The notes: a model not told the origin generated them from the letters alone. DNA of 64,000 bases from Hemiscyllium ocellatum (GCF_020745735.1 NC_083446.1:7054433-7118432), one strand, 5' to 3'; positions 39,253 to 52,797 are shown, numbered from the stretch's first letter. Made by a program: numbers and translations.

Positions 39253-39759
39253 GTCAATATTGCAAACTGTCCTGCAGGCTAATTACATCAACTTAATTAA
39301 AAAACCCCGCCAAGAAAACAGTGGCTAAATAACACAAAATAGTTAATTAGCTGTAAAACACCGAGACAGGTGATCGTGAAATGCCCGTATATAAAAAGAT
39401 AAATATCACCGCCCATACGAAGATAATGAAAGTGAGGGGATAGAAGTCTTCCATCATTTGTATTCAAGACTGCACAGTGGGAACTGGAGCAGATTCTTTT
39501 TGAGCAGATTTGAGGTATTGTCATGAACATGTGAAAATGAATCCTCAAACAAATTGTAGAGTTGCTGGGCTGCTTACAACACGCTTCTATCTGGATCAAT
39601 GACCATTACAGGATCCGACTGCACGCTCCAATTTCAGAACTCATTTATTTCCGTTGAGACAGCAAATGAAGGAGCAAAGTGGCAGACTGATTGAAGTAAC
39701 GAATGCAGAAAGATTTGCATTTTTAAAAGAAATGAAAATGCTGTCAATGTTCAACAGGT

Positions 39760-40068
39760 CATAGAATCTCTACAGATGATGCAGAAAGAAGCCATTTGGC
39801 CCAGTGAGTCTGCACCAATCTCCCAAAGAGCATCCTACCCAGACCCACCCCTCCCCTTATCCTATCCCTGTGACCCTGCATTTCCCATGGCCAATCCACC
39901 TAACCTGCACATCTTTGGACTGTGGGAGGAAAGTACAGCAACCGGAGGAAACCCACACAAACACGGGGAGAACATGCAATCTCCAAACAGTCACCCAAGG
40001 CTTGAATCAAACCCAGGTCCTCCGCACCAAGAGACAGCAGTGATAACCATTACACCACGGCACCGCCC
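39760..40068 (-). mobile_element. HE1-like V-SINE
   Basis: V domain; head ends ..cacggcaccgccc. Confidence 0.8.
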
Positions 40069-40774
40069 TGGTCAGGTGTGGAATGAAAGAGGCGGCAGCG
40101 ACTGGAACATCTCAGGTTCAGCTTACAAGGATCCACAGAGCTAGGAAACAGCAGGCTTGAAGGCAAATAAAAGTCTGTGATTAGGAGAATTCAAGATGAT
40201 TAAGTTTCAGTGGCGATGCTGGCTACAGAGGTGACTTCGCGCAATAAAAGATGGAACAGAGATCTAGGACATGTGTAATCGGCAAAATGCAGAAATCATT
40301 CACCAACTCTTAAAGGTTACCTCCATCTTACTCTCCCAACAAATGCTCCTCAAACTATCGAACTCATCCCGTTGGTTCCAATCTTTCTAAAACAGTTACA
40401 TTTACGTGGTAAGGCTCTTGTGGTAGCAACTCTACCTTTAGGCTAGGACACCTCAGTAAAGTTCCACCCAAAATTACTAACATTTTATTTTTTTAAACTA
40501 CTAACCACCAGCAGTAACCATACCAATTAAATATTTAAAATTTAATATTTAAATTTTTAACACGGATCCCATTATGGACAATGCGAACCATTAGAAGTGA
40601 GGAGGAGGTAGGGAGAGAGGGCAGGGACTAAATCAATGTAGAATTGGAAGGGGGGAATAAAGCACTGTTGCCCCCGCAGTGACCACATATTTCTCGAGGC
40701 ATCAAAAGCATTGATGGACACTGCATGCTCCCTGGAAATTCTTTTTTTTAAAAACCCGGAAGTACTATTTCACA

Positions 40775-40972
40775 CAACTGAGGGTAGTGGTGGAAGGCTG
40801 CTTTTCGGACTGGAGGCCTGTGACCAGCTGCATTCTGCAGGACTGGCACTGGGCCCACTGTTGTTTGTCATTTATCTGAACGATTTGGATGAGAATATAG
40901 GAAGCATGGTTTGTAAATTTGCAGATGACACAGAAAGTGGTGGTGTAGTGGATAGTGAGGAAGTTTATCCAA
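40775..40972 (+). mobile_element. CR1 RT internal fragment
   Basis: LGPLLFVIYLNDL and CKFADDT motifs. Confidence 0.85.
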
Positions 40973-41391
40973 GAGGAGGAAATAGAGCACTGTGTCCCTA
41001 CATTGCCACCTCTCACTAAGGGCCTCAACAGCATTGATGGACATTGCATACTCCCTGGACATGTCGCATTTGTAACAGCAGCCAGCTGTCTTTTCAGAAG
41101 GTAACAGATCACAAAAACAGGAGCAGATAATTCTGTCCCTTAAGCTTGTGTTGGTCCATTTAATTACATCCTAACTCTTTTTGTTCAAATAGTTAACACG
41201 GTTGTACATAAAATAAAAATACTTCTGTTGCAGTTTCATATCTTTCATGCAATGTACAAGTTACTGATCCCTTCTAGACACTTCAGGTATTCTGTTCTGT
41301 TCCGATCAGTGCAAGACGAGAAGCCATCGAAATTGTGTATATTTTTCAAAAATCATTCTGTCTGCTTTGAATACACTCTTGGCTGGATATA

Positions 41392-41750
41392 TTTTTAAAA
41401 TTCAGTCATGGGAGGGCGGCACCACTGACTAGGCCAGCACTTTATTGTTGATCTCCAATTGACCAGAGGGCAGTTACAAATCAAACCACGATGCTGTAGT
41501 TCTGCAGTCATGTATAGGCCAAGACCGGGTAAGGATGGCAGTTTCCTTCCTTAAAGTGAACCAGCTGGTTTTTCCTGACAATTGACAATGGTTTCCTAGT
41601 CATTGCTAGACTCTTAATTCCAGATTTATTTTTACTGAATTCAAATTCCACCATCTGTGATGGCAGGATTCAAAACCCAGGGCCCCAGAATGTTCCTTGG
41701 GTCTCTGGATTAATAGTTCAGTAATAATGTCACTCAGCCATTGCCTCCCC
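41392..41750 (-). mobile_element. tRNA-headed SINE (family of 17722-18128)
   Basis: Homologous body and head. Confidence 0.8.
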
Positions 41751-41799
41751 AAATAGGTTTGACCCAGGCGGAGAGAGAAGAAACAATGAGGCTTGGGAA

Positions 41800-44700
41800 T
41801 GAGACGTCTGACTTGGGACCACAGATGATTAGTACTTTGTACACCAGCAGCACAGTTAAATATTCTGCAATTAACCCTCGACGCTGCTTCAATAACATAC
41901 TCTTGACTTCAGCCTCATATTTCACAACATCTTCCATGTTCAAAACACTTTTTAAAATTTTTATTTAATATAATGATCTTCAGAATCTTTTAAAATGACT
42001 AACAGCTACCCCACACTTTCTTATTGACACAACCCAGGCACTGGTGGTCAACTGCTCAACCATGATAGGCATCACATCCAATCTTCAGTCCTGCTCTCTG
42101 AAGCACTGGCTCTCAAAGCCAACGCCAGGTACACACCACTGGAGATATGCAGGAATGATAAACTTGGGACCTTATTGATCCATGCAGTGCAGCTACAGAC
42201 TGGATAAAATTTAAGTGCTTAGTGATTTGCCTGCCTCACCATCGATTCTGGGGCAGTAAGTCTACCTCTATTTGGCTGTCTGCATCTTGCCCAAACTCGG
42301 CTTCCTTCATGTTTAAACCTGAACAGCAAGCACCATCAAGTTGTTCAAGTGTGGCAGAGCATTGAAGAGTTGGGTCTAACTCTGGTCCCCCCCCCCAAAA
42401 TCAACACTTCCAAGGTACAGGCAGTATTCAGACGTGATGAACTTGCATCTGAAAAGATGCGAGAGATCAGACAGCTCTTAGTCTGTGACAGTATCACAGA
42501 TGCTAGGAGCACCTAGTTCATTGTGACAGCTTAGAATGCAATGTAACTCCAAGATGTCTACGCAACATCAGACAACACAAAACTCTCAGCAAATGACACA
42601 TGCAAATGGTTATGAAAGCTTTTAAGATATCAGATTCTCTCTTCCAGCGTCAATGCCTACAAACCGTCAGTCACCATCCCCATGACTCAGCTGTATAGGG
42701 GAGAGACTGTACCAAGAGGTTTGCTGGTATTGATCTTGTCTAAACCAGGATACCTGATCTCTGTTCCAAGGTATCTTTAGAAATAAAAGAAACAAACAGT
42801 CTCCCTGCCAAGGAACCCTCTCATTATCCACTGACCCCTGCTAGAAAGTGACTTGTGGATATAGAGTTTGGACTGGATTGCACTCAGCACTTTTGCCCTT
42901 CACTCCAAGACCGAACAACCTCACAGAATAGTTACAGTGCAAAAGGCGGCCATTCGGCCCACGGTGCTTGCACTCGCTCTTCAAATGAGCATCATCACCA
43001 GGTGTCAATCTCCTGCCTTTTTCCCACAACTCTGCACGCATCCAGTGCCTTCCTGAATGCCTCAATTGAACCTTCCTCTACCACACTTGCAGGCAGGAGA
43101 TTGTGTTTTTACGTTTACAAGAATAGAAGGTGGTTGCACAGTCACCACCTGGCTTGCTTTTCATTCTAGAATTAAAAAGCTCACCGCCTATCAAAAACGG
43201 TATGCGACGCAAATAACCAGAACATTCACGAGAAGTTTCTGGATTACTAGTCCAGGGGTAATACCACTACATCACCACCTCCCCAAACTGGTGAAGCCAC
43301 AACCGATGTCTACTTACATACCAAGCAACATGCCAATACAACAGAGTGTGCTGGGTGATCCCACAACCAGTAGATCAGATCTATTCTCTGCAGTTCTCCC
43401 ACACCCAGTTGTGAAAAGTGCTCAAAAGTTAAGTAACAGGAGAGAGGCAGCAGCATGTACCACAACAATAGACACTGCAACAACTCACACAGGCTCTTTA
43501 CAACACCACCTTCCCACCAGCAACATCTACTGAGGGTATTCCCCAAATACCCCCCTCCTCAATGACGGCAGACCCCAGCAGATCAGTGTAAAAGATGAGG
43601 TTGAAGCATTTGCAACAATCTGCAGCCAGAAGTGCTCAGTGGACAAACCTTCTCAGTCTTAGGCAGAAACCTAGCACAGTTACAACCCTGGCACCTACCC
43701 AGCATTATTGATAATTAGGCAGGTTTACTCTGTCGACAGAAAAGCTGGACAAATGCAATCCAGAAAATTATGGTGGCACCAGCCTCCTCCCAATCAAAGT
43801 AATTGAAGTTGTCAACTGTCAGTACTTACTCAGCAATAAATTGCTCAATAACACTCATTGTGGGTTCCACCTGGCCCACACAGTTCCTGACCTCATAACA
43901 ACCTTTGTCCAAATATGGATAAGACAGCTGAATTCCTGAAGTGTGATCACAGCTTCTGCCCTTGACAACAATGTGACATTTTACCAAGTGTGGCTCCAAA
44001 CAGCCCAAATCAAACTGGAGTCACTGAATCAAGGAGGGAACTCTCCCATGGAGTTACACCCAGCACAAAGGAAGAGAGCTGTGATTGTCGCAGGTCAATC
44101 ATCTCAGCCACAGGATACCATCGTAGTAGTTCTTTAGGGAAATGCCTTTGGTCCAACCATCTCCAGCTGCTTTGTCAATGATTGTCACTCCATGATAAGG
44201 TCAAAGGCAGCGATGTTTGCTGATGAGTAGACGATATTCACGAGCATTCATGACAATTCAAGCAATGCATATCCAAACACAGCTAGGCCCTGACAGCATC
44301 CAGGGTAGACTGACAAGTGGCAAATAATATACATGCGCTACATGTGTGTGGGACAATGACCATTTCCAACAAGGGAGAGTCTAACCATTTTCCTTGGACA
44401 TTCCATAGTAATAGCGTTTCAGAATTCCCCCATTATCAGCATCATTGAACAGAAACTGAACAGGAAAATCGATGTAAAAATGATGGCTTCAAGTGCAGGT
44501 GACATGCTGGGAATTTTACAGTGAGTAATTCCATCCTGGGCCTTCATAGTCTGTTCACCATCTATATGCCATGAGAGGTATGCTATACACTTCACTTGCT
44601 TGGATGAAGACAGTCCTAACGACGCTCATGGAACTCAACATCATTCAGGAAAAAGCAGTGTGCTTGACTGGCATCTCATCTAACATTACTGACATTCACT

Positions 44701-45435
44701 TCATCCACTATCGGTGCAGAGAGGCAGCAGCATGTACCACAACAAGAGACACTGCAACAACTCACATAGGCTCTTTACAGCACCACCTTCCCACCAGCAA
44801 CATCTACTACCTAGGAGGCCGAAGGCAACAAATCCATGGGATCAAAGTTACCTGTAAATTCCCCTCAAAGCCACACACCATCCCAACTTTGAACTATACT
44901 GCTGTTCCTTCATTTTTGCTGGGTCAAATTACTGAAACCCCCTTCCTAACTGCATTGTACTTTCCCCTAAAACTCAAGTGCTGCAACAGTTCAAGACGCA
45001 GCTAACCACCACCCTGTCAAAGGACAATAAGTTCCTTTTTATTCCTTCACAGGACGTGGGTGTCACTGGCTAGGCCAGCATTTAATGCCAACCCTAATTG
45101 GCTAGAGGTCAGTTAAGAATCAACCATATTGCTGAGAGTCTGGAGCCACACGTAAGCCAATCCAGGTAAACATGGCAGTTTCCTTCCCTAACGGGACACT
45201 GGTGAATCAGATTGGTTTTTCCAACGATCTACAGTGATTTCATGGCCATCGTTAGACTCTTAACTCTAGATTTTTATTGAATTCAAGTTCCACCATCTGC
45301 TAGATCCCTTATATATTATCTGGATCTGTAGATTAATAGTCCAGCGATACCACTAAGCCATTGCCTCCCTAAACTGGCGATATGCAATAAATGCTGGTGT
45401 AGCTTGTGAGTCCCACTCGCCATGGCGAATAAATG
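41800..45435 (+). mobile_element. Long degraded CR1-like LINE (second family) ORF2 with nested inserts
   Basis: RT remnants (ALD..TFYQVW, GP.ISSCFVND, MFADE); tail split by the SINE at 45035-45370. Confidence 0.7.
45035..45370 (-). mobile_element. tRNA-headed SINE
   Basis: Homologous to 41392-41750. Confidence 0.8.
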
Positions 45436-47254
45436 TAACTTGGATGCAGAGTTAAATTTGGTATTTTGGGTGTGTATGACCTGGAGACCCCTTCAAAAAA
45501 TGGGAGGGAGCGTTTGGGTGGGCGGGGAGGATCGAAATTCAGCCCAGGAAGCTTTGTTCAAACCTTGGCTGTCCTGGTAAACATGCCTCCTGCGACCAAC
45601 ATCTTACTGCGCCCACACATTTACCTAATGATAGTTACCTCATGATATTCAATACAGTTCAGATTACTCTACTGGTTGTTGAAGTCTTTGGGATTGCAAC
45701 TGACGTTATAACTTAGTAAGTCACTGGGAGCTCCTTTTGTCCTCTACACTCTGAAATACAACACAAAGAATCACAGTAAAACAAAGCTGTTCTCATAAAA
45801 ACCTCTAACTCTTGGCCCAGTTAGCAACAAGTTTGTCAAAACATCCTACTGACAACCAGAGAAAGTGCCTGTCTACAATCAGGAAACTTAAGGTGGGGTC
45901 TACTGACTGTTCAAATATCATGCAAGTATACAATCCATGTGTAGCATCAAAGCCTAAAGCCATGTACCAGAGAGCAATATATTAGTAGTTGAATTTCAAT
46001 TTAAAATTGCTACAATGACACCTACTTCATCACTATATTTCTCTTGATCACTTTCATGATTGCAGATGTCACTGACAATGTATGTTTCCCATCCCTAATT
46101 GCCCCTTGAGATAATTAGCTTGCTCAGCCACTAAAAGTAAACCACTTTGCTGTAGGTCTGGAGTCACATTTAGGCAAATTGCAAAAAGCAGGCTACACTG
46201 TCACAACACAGCAGACAAAAGGATGTCCAACAACTTCAAACCAAACATGTCGAACTCACGCTGGGTGACAAACTCCCTTATTCAATCCTACTTTGCCAGT
46301 AAGTGGCTAAAATGTATTACCTGTGGATTATTGTGTTGATTTATGCAACATTTCTCCTCTATATCCAGTTTTCAGCATGTTTTGATTACGTGTAGGTGAC
46401 TGCACAGGGAATACCAAACAGAGGGATAATTCTATCAGTGAAAGAAGCTATGCAAAGATATCTATCAATTACTCATTGGCTTATACACTATACGAACACC
46501 ACATATGAATGCCCTATTTCGGTAACTCTTCACTGCTTAATTGCCCTGCTGTGACCAGTTTAGGCCCACTCACGGAAACCTTCTTGGCAAGTGTGATCAG
46601 CAAGTATGGGGAGGAAATAAACATGCATCGGAACTTGTCCGATAGCATTCAGAGAGGCTACAACAATTCTTGCAAATGAGGCAAATCAGCCTGGGAATGT
46701 GGTGACCAGCAAACAGAATCCTGGATACAATGACAGCAACATCAAGCACTTTCAGATCGGACAAGAGATAAAGCTTCCTCCACACTGTCCTATTAACACA
46801 GCAAAATGTAATGCTTTAATATTTATTGCAGCCCAAACCATGTCAGATGTGTCCTTGAATGATATTTACTACAGATGTCTGATGGATTTCCAGCAAGGAT
46901 CCATAACCCAAGTATCACTGGCTAGGTTCAAAGCCAGATTCCCACTGTTGGTCAATTCACAGTCTTGATACAATGCCAAGTCTTTAATCCCAAATATCAT
47001 ATATCTCAGCTCAAGCGACCACTGACCATGCACAATCAGAAAAGGCAGCAGACAAAGCCAAGAGGAGTCAGTGAGTGGCAGGCGTCAACTAACTTAACTC
47101 AGAGGAATTGTCAGGGTCTGTCTGAGCAAAGTAGCTAGCCTTGATAATATGGCCTCAAGCTACCTCTTGTTAGGCAGAAAGACTGTACCCCAACTCTCAC
47201 ACCAACTTAAGAAGAAAGGGACCAAACGCAAAGCAGCAACTCAGAGCCAGGAAC

Positions 47255-47644
47255 TGAATGTAAAACACCGGGTATTTATTGTATTAGTTTTCAATACAAG
47301 AAAATGCATAAACTAAAAAAAAGAGAAAAGAGTCAGTTTTCTACTGCTGACAGTGGTGCAATGTTCTCCTGACCAGCACAAAGAATTGTTACGACTTAAA
47401 AGCAGAACACACAGAACAAGCCCGGTTTTCAGAGAAAGCAAGAGAGGGGTTTGGCCATTGCTCACTGCTAATACTGTGAGCATGTGTCTAGAACTGAGTT
47501 ATACTTTTAACTATTGCTAAAAATAAAAGATTAGGGGTGGGGTATCGCACCAAATGTCCTTTGCGCTACATCCCGCACAACCCGAAGACTCGCACGTATA
47601 CTGGGGGGGAAACCCGGCTCTCACCCGGAGATACTTAATAATTC
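47255..47644 (-). other. RBM4: RBM4 non-coding 3' terminal exon with polyA signal
   Basis: Acceptor cttctttttgtttcttgcAG ending at 47645; AATAAA at 47280-47275. Confidence 0.75.
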
Positions 47645-48269
47645 CTGCAAGAAACAAAAAGAAGTACACACAAGGACGTCAATTTTGATTTTTCTAAATA
47701 TATATGTTAAAATAAAGAGGCACACATCTCACCTCAAGTTTGCAGCCTGAAATCGACCACTCTGAAAACGCAGCCATTTCACCCTGTCCTACATGAGCCA
47801 TGTCGATAACAGACTCAGAGACATTCAGTGGCTAATGCACAAAGAACTGAGATCCTCGGCAGCACAGAAAGAAAAAAAAACTGTTCAATATAAAAGATAA
47901 AGATCACGAGGTTCTGTTACCACTAAGCACTTATCAACTTCAGTAACGGTGCAGTCTGCTGTTCGGTTCAATGTTCACCCAATCACTTGCTGTCATCACC
48001 TCTACGTAGAAGAGCTCTGGCTCCACAAGTTTCCTTCCATTAAATGTGTGATTGGTCCCAAACCACACATAAATCTTAGTGGAAGCACATCAGAAGCCTA
48101 CTAAATAACACTGGGAATCCCAGCCCACCCTGAACCAATGTCACCCTGGGAGGAAGGGGGCAGAGGAAGAGGAGCCTTGAAGCTCCTTGTGCAATAGCCA
48201 CCTGAAGTAGCACCTGCAATGTCAGACACACACCTGCAGTTGGAAGGAGGATAGTGCCTCACCTTTGGA

Positions 48270-48844
48270 TCAGAACATAGAGTATCGCGAACGGTCCACG
48301 TAGGCATTTCCCATTGTGCTCGGTATGTCATATGGAGATCTATTGGACAGTGCTGCCGCATTGACTTGTGTGTAATCAAACCCATATCCGGTGCTCGAGG
48401 GGGCCACAGGCATCCGTCGCAGAGGGCTCCTATCCCGGTTGTAATAGGGAGGGGGCAAGGGCAGCACTGGTTGCCTCCCAAAGGGATCTAACCCACCAGG
48501 GACGCAATTGGCCATCGCGGTGCCTATAGGTGCAAGCTGAGTTGGCCGCCGATCAAAGTAGGGGTTTCCCGTCGCCGCGTATGGCTGTGCCGGGTAGCTC
48601 TCATAGTGGTGAGCCATCCCGTTCCGCTCATCGTACACAGGACGCTCTCCGTATGCTGACATGGGCCGCGTTGGGTAAAGTTGGGGGTAGTTGCAAGAGA
48701 ATCCACCGTCAAAACCGCCGCGATCTTTGGGGCATTCTTTAGACCAGTGGCCCTCTTTACCGCACCGGTAACAGCCATTTTTCTCGCCCATCCCAGGTTG
48801 TGTCCGAAGCCGGCTCCTCGACAGCTGGACATGGATCCGTTTGC
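48270..48844 (-). CDS. RBM4: RBM4 coding exon 3 (end of RRM2, CCHC zinc knuckle, C-terminal domain)
   Basis: [52 protein letters not shown]; donor 7 nt after the stop (AAG|GTGAGG at 48262). Confidence 0.95.
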
Positions 48845-49549
48845 CTTTGAAAACAAGACGCAAGAGAGTTTGCTCAATGACACTTTTCTATGGAAAAAAA
48901 TATGCGGTCTCTTGCCGTGGTTCAGTTTGACAAGGTTTGGGATGGGATTTAGAGTTCTGGTTACAACTGTTATCAAAGGAGGCAGGTAGAGTGGCAGGGG
49001 AATCGACTAACCATCATTTGGTTAGGAGGGAGTGAAATGGGGAACAAGAGATTTCAATTTTCTAAATGTTTTTGTGCATGAGGCTGAACAGAGATTGCAC
49101 TCGCACACAATTAGTACTGGGGGAAAATTGTCAACTAGTTCTGTACACTGCACACTTGAAAGAGAGGGGGGGGGTAGTCTCTCAATTAAGATATTCCCCC
49201 TATTCCCTAAAGGAGTGGAAATTCCTCACAAATATACAGCTGCAATTTCCTGAGTGCTACAGGTCTGACAGACCCTAAAATCTTGTACAGGAAAGACAGC
49301 ACCCAGTTGATTGAATACTGCATTACCAGTGATGGTACCCAGAGTTTTGCCTCCCTTCCCTCCATCAGTTGAGAAACTGTGGCTGGGTGGCATTACGCAC
49401 TGGTTCTGACAAAGAAGGAAACTCTAGCTCATGGTAACCATCAGGCAGAAAACAACATTTTTGTTTTAAAATGGCAATCTTTTTGTTCATTCTTATGAAT
49501 GGAGAAGCTTTTATCAATTGAGATGCGCAATTTCCTAGTTACTGCTCAC

Positions 49550-49592
49550 CCTTTAAGACAAATGCCTTTTGGTACTTTTGACTCAACCAAGC
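49550..49592 (-). other. Candidate 43-nt frameshifting (poison) cassette exon of RBM4
   Basis: tttggtttttcttcattctccAG acceptor and AGG|GTGAGC donor in a TE-free intron. Confidence 0.6.
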
Positions 49593-52490
49593 CTGGAGAA
49601 TGAAGAAAAACCAAACAGGTTATCAGCCAGACAGCAAGGAAAGCAAAATATATGCCAAAGGATGTGACATTCGGCTAGCTCACATTACTCACCACTCATC
49701 AAATCAATGAGGTCCATGTGGAGTATCAATATTCCTCAAAGTAAGGAGGAAATTTACAAAAGGAGCAAAATGATAAGGTTTCCTCTAAGGAGGCAGCAGA
49801 CCAGTCAGACTGCGTTACTGAATGGTATCCTTCCAAAGAATGCCAGAATAGTGGGAAAGAATCCCACTAGATGACGCAGAGCAGCATGCGTTTGACCGGG
49901 CATGAGAAAAGTCTCCACATACCCATCTCCATGGTGGACTGATGGAGAGGAACATGTGCTGACAAGGAAGGGAAAACGCAGCTGCAGAGAACACCAGATT
50001 TTCGTGAAGCTTCAACAGCAAGTGAACAAGAATTCTACACCATGTCTACTTAGAGGAACAGCAGGCACCAGGTACCATTAGGGAATTCCTTCTGCAACAG
50101 CACCTTGAGCTCAACACACAAGTGACGGACTGATCTCACTATGGAACCAGTTCAGATGATGGCCAAGGAGCGTTACACAGGCATTTTGAAAGAATAAGCT
50201 TTTCTACTCTTTATTGTTATCAATACATCAATTCAGAAATGACTTAACTTCCAAACATTTGGCTTCGGAACATTGGAATAACCTTTAACCTCTGTGGCCA
50301 CACGCATTTACAGAAATTCAAGCTGTTAGTACCAATTTATATTGATAGTCGGATTCAGATTTTATCCACCGGTGAGGCAAAAAGTAGAGAACACTCCCAG
50401 GTCCAGGAATTTCATACAGTACAAACTTGAGCACAGAAAGGAGAGTTATTTTTGTTCTGAGGACTACCTGGTGATCAGCTCCTAGTTGCAGATGGATATG
50501 AATTAACATCAATGACAACACTAAGAACATGAAACAAAGGAAGGACAAGACAAGAGGTGGGCTTGACATTGGAACCAGCCATTCTCTCGATAAACCTTCT
50601 GAACCGTGCAGGGAGCTCGCGTTTTCACATTGGATAAAGTCTTTTCTGGGCAATGACCAAGTTCTAACTTGTTTCATTAGGAGACAGGCAGCATTACAGA
50701 TTCAGACACTGCTCTGAAACAGAGTGAAGCCACGATGCTGCATTCTGTTGAGTTTGGCCCAAGAATCAGTGACACATTTCCAGAGTTCCAACTCCAGTCT
50801 GTGTGCTCTCCTTGTGTGTGGCATTAGTGGGAGTGCAGTATTGCTGAATTACCCCCTTAATGCACATGTTACATCATCATAAAGAACACACTTGCAAACT
50901 CCAATAGGCAACTGCTGAAAACGTCCTTGTTCAGCCCGTGTGGGGGCAGCTTTTGGGAATGTTACCCCATGTAGATAGAGAGCATGCGGCGAATGAACAG
51001 CTGTCTGCCCACAAACTACTACAGTGACAGCAACATCAACACATCCTCAAAACTAATAATTTCAATCCAGAACAGTTATCTCAACGACTGATACTGAAAA
51101 TGCTGAACTTTCATTTAAAATGTAGGGTCTGTCCAGCTCAACTACTGTAATTTACCTACCAGTGAATGGGTAGCTGATGTCTAGCTGCTGCAACCCAGAC
51201 TGGAGTCTATGCAAGTTATTCAAACATTTGCTAGAACTTGCAAACATTGAGTACTTTTTCTGAAAAGCTGAAAATTCTGTTATTATCAGTTTTCTCCTGA
51301 TTGCAACAGTTCCAACTGGAGTACAACATTTCATCATGTCCAAGTCTGGAAGATGGGCTAATTGGCTGGGATAAAGTGCAGAACCCAGTCCTGCCCTTAC
51401 TACTTCCTCTACTCTGCAGCTGTCAGTTTCCATTACCCCTCCAGCATGCAAAGACGATGAAACTTCCACTAGATAGCCAAGGAATCAACCAAAGCCCTTC
51501 AGAAACGTAAAGCTCGGTGACAGACCACATCCTTATCAGAGTAATACAGATGTTTATCATTTCCAATACTGTTATCTGAGCCAGGTATTTTCTGCCCAGC
51601 TCCTGTTAGCTCTACAGCATCACTTTATATGCTGTCACACATTGCACTCAGGATCACATGTCACAATGCAGCCTTCAAGCAAAGCCCAAAATGCGGTTAA
51701 TAGACTTGAGATGAATACCACTTGACAACTGTGAGAACAGAACTAAAAACTGACAGACATGGAAGAAAGTACAGTGAATGATCCCAATATCACTTACTTA
51801 GGGAAATTATGAGACCTTCAAGTTTTACTGATCCATTTGGGAACTCTAAGCCTACCAGCAGCATTCAAACAGGCAAAGTCTTCATCCATCTGTCAGTCCC
51901 TTACAGGTGACCGATACAACTGTGGGAAGCATCAAATCTGTTTTCAATGAACATCCAGCAAGTGCCACTCCCTATGGTTGGGGGAGGGGAGAGGGGAAGT
52001 TATTCAATAGAGATCAACAACTTAGGTAGAGTTAAATCCCTCGCCCCGCCAGTTCAGATGTATTGTCAGATCGTCTGTCCAGTCAGTATATACTTGGAAT
52101 GTGAACGAGGATTTTTGTGATGCAAGGGTCAGAGCCTCACTATCGTTCACATGGAAACCAGTTTGGAACAACAACTGCACATAATTTCTAGAAATCAGTA
52201 AGTGTGGATGTAGACAATAGAATATAATCAGGATTTGCGAAGATCAGGTAAGTTTTGAAAATGCTAGTATTTTACCATTTGGGTATTTGGGGAGGGAGAG
52301 GATAACAGACATTTATTTTTAATATGTCAATTATTGCCTCTGTTCTTCCACTTCCCATTCGGAAAAGCTAACAGGGAACATTATGGGATTGTAAACAATG
52401 ACAGCCAGTATTGCAGTGCTATCCATGCTTGGTGTGGCCAGTGCCCAAGCCGGTACCATGTCCCTGCCCAATACCTTCCAGCAATTTCAC

Positions 52491-52797
52491 CTTTAAACTC
52501 AGTGCCATCAAAGCCTCTGATGGCTTCCATGGCATCTTCCTCCCGCTCCATGTGCACAAAGGCATAGTCCTTGACAATGTCACACTCGATGACAGGTCCG
52601 TACTCTTCGAACCGAGCTCGCAGCTCTTGGTTCGTGCACTCAGCTCCGATGTTACTGACATGCAGCTTAGTGGAGGTCTTCACCTTGCTCTTGCTGGCTT
52701 CGACGTTGATGGGAAGCCCGTGCAGCTTGTGGTGATGAAGGTTCTTGATCGCCTCATCTGCTGCCTCTTTATCCTCCATGTGCACAAAGCCATAATT
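52491..52797 (-). CDS. RBM4: RBM4 coding exon 2 (RRM1 C-half and RRM2)
   Basis: [44 protein letters not shown]; TAG acceptor, G|GTGAAA donor; 307 nt. Confidence 0.96.

Noticed and set aside
52381-52490. In-frame read-through of RBM4 exon 2 as a coding extension
   Set aside because: A canonical donor at 52490 joins exon 3 in frame; the extension has no homology and would need intron retention.
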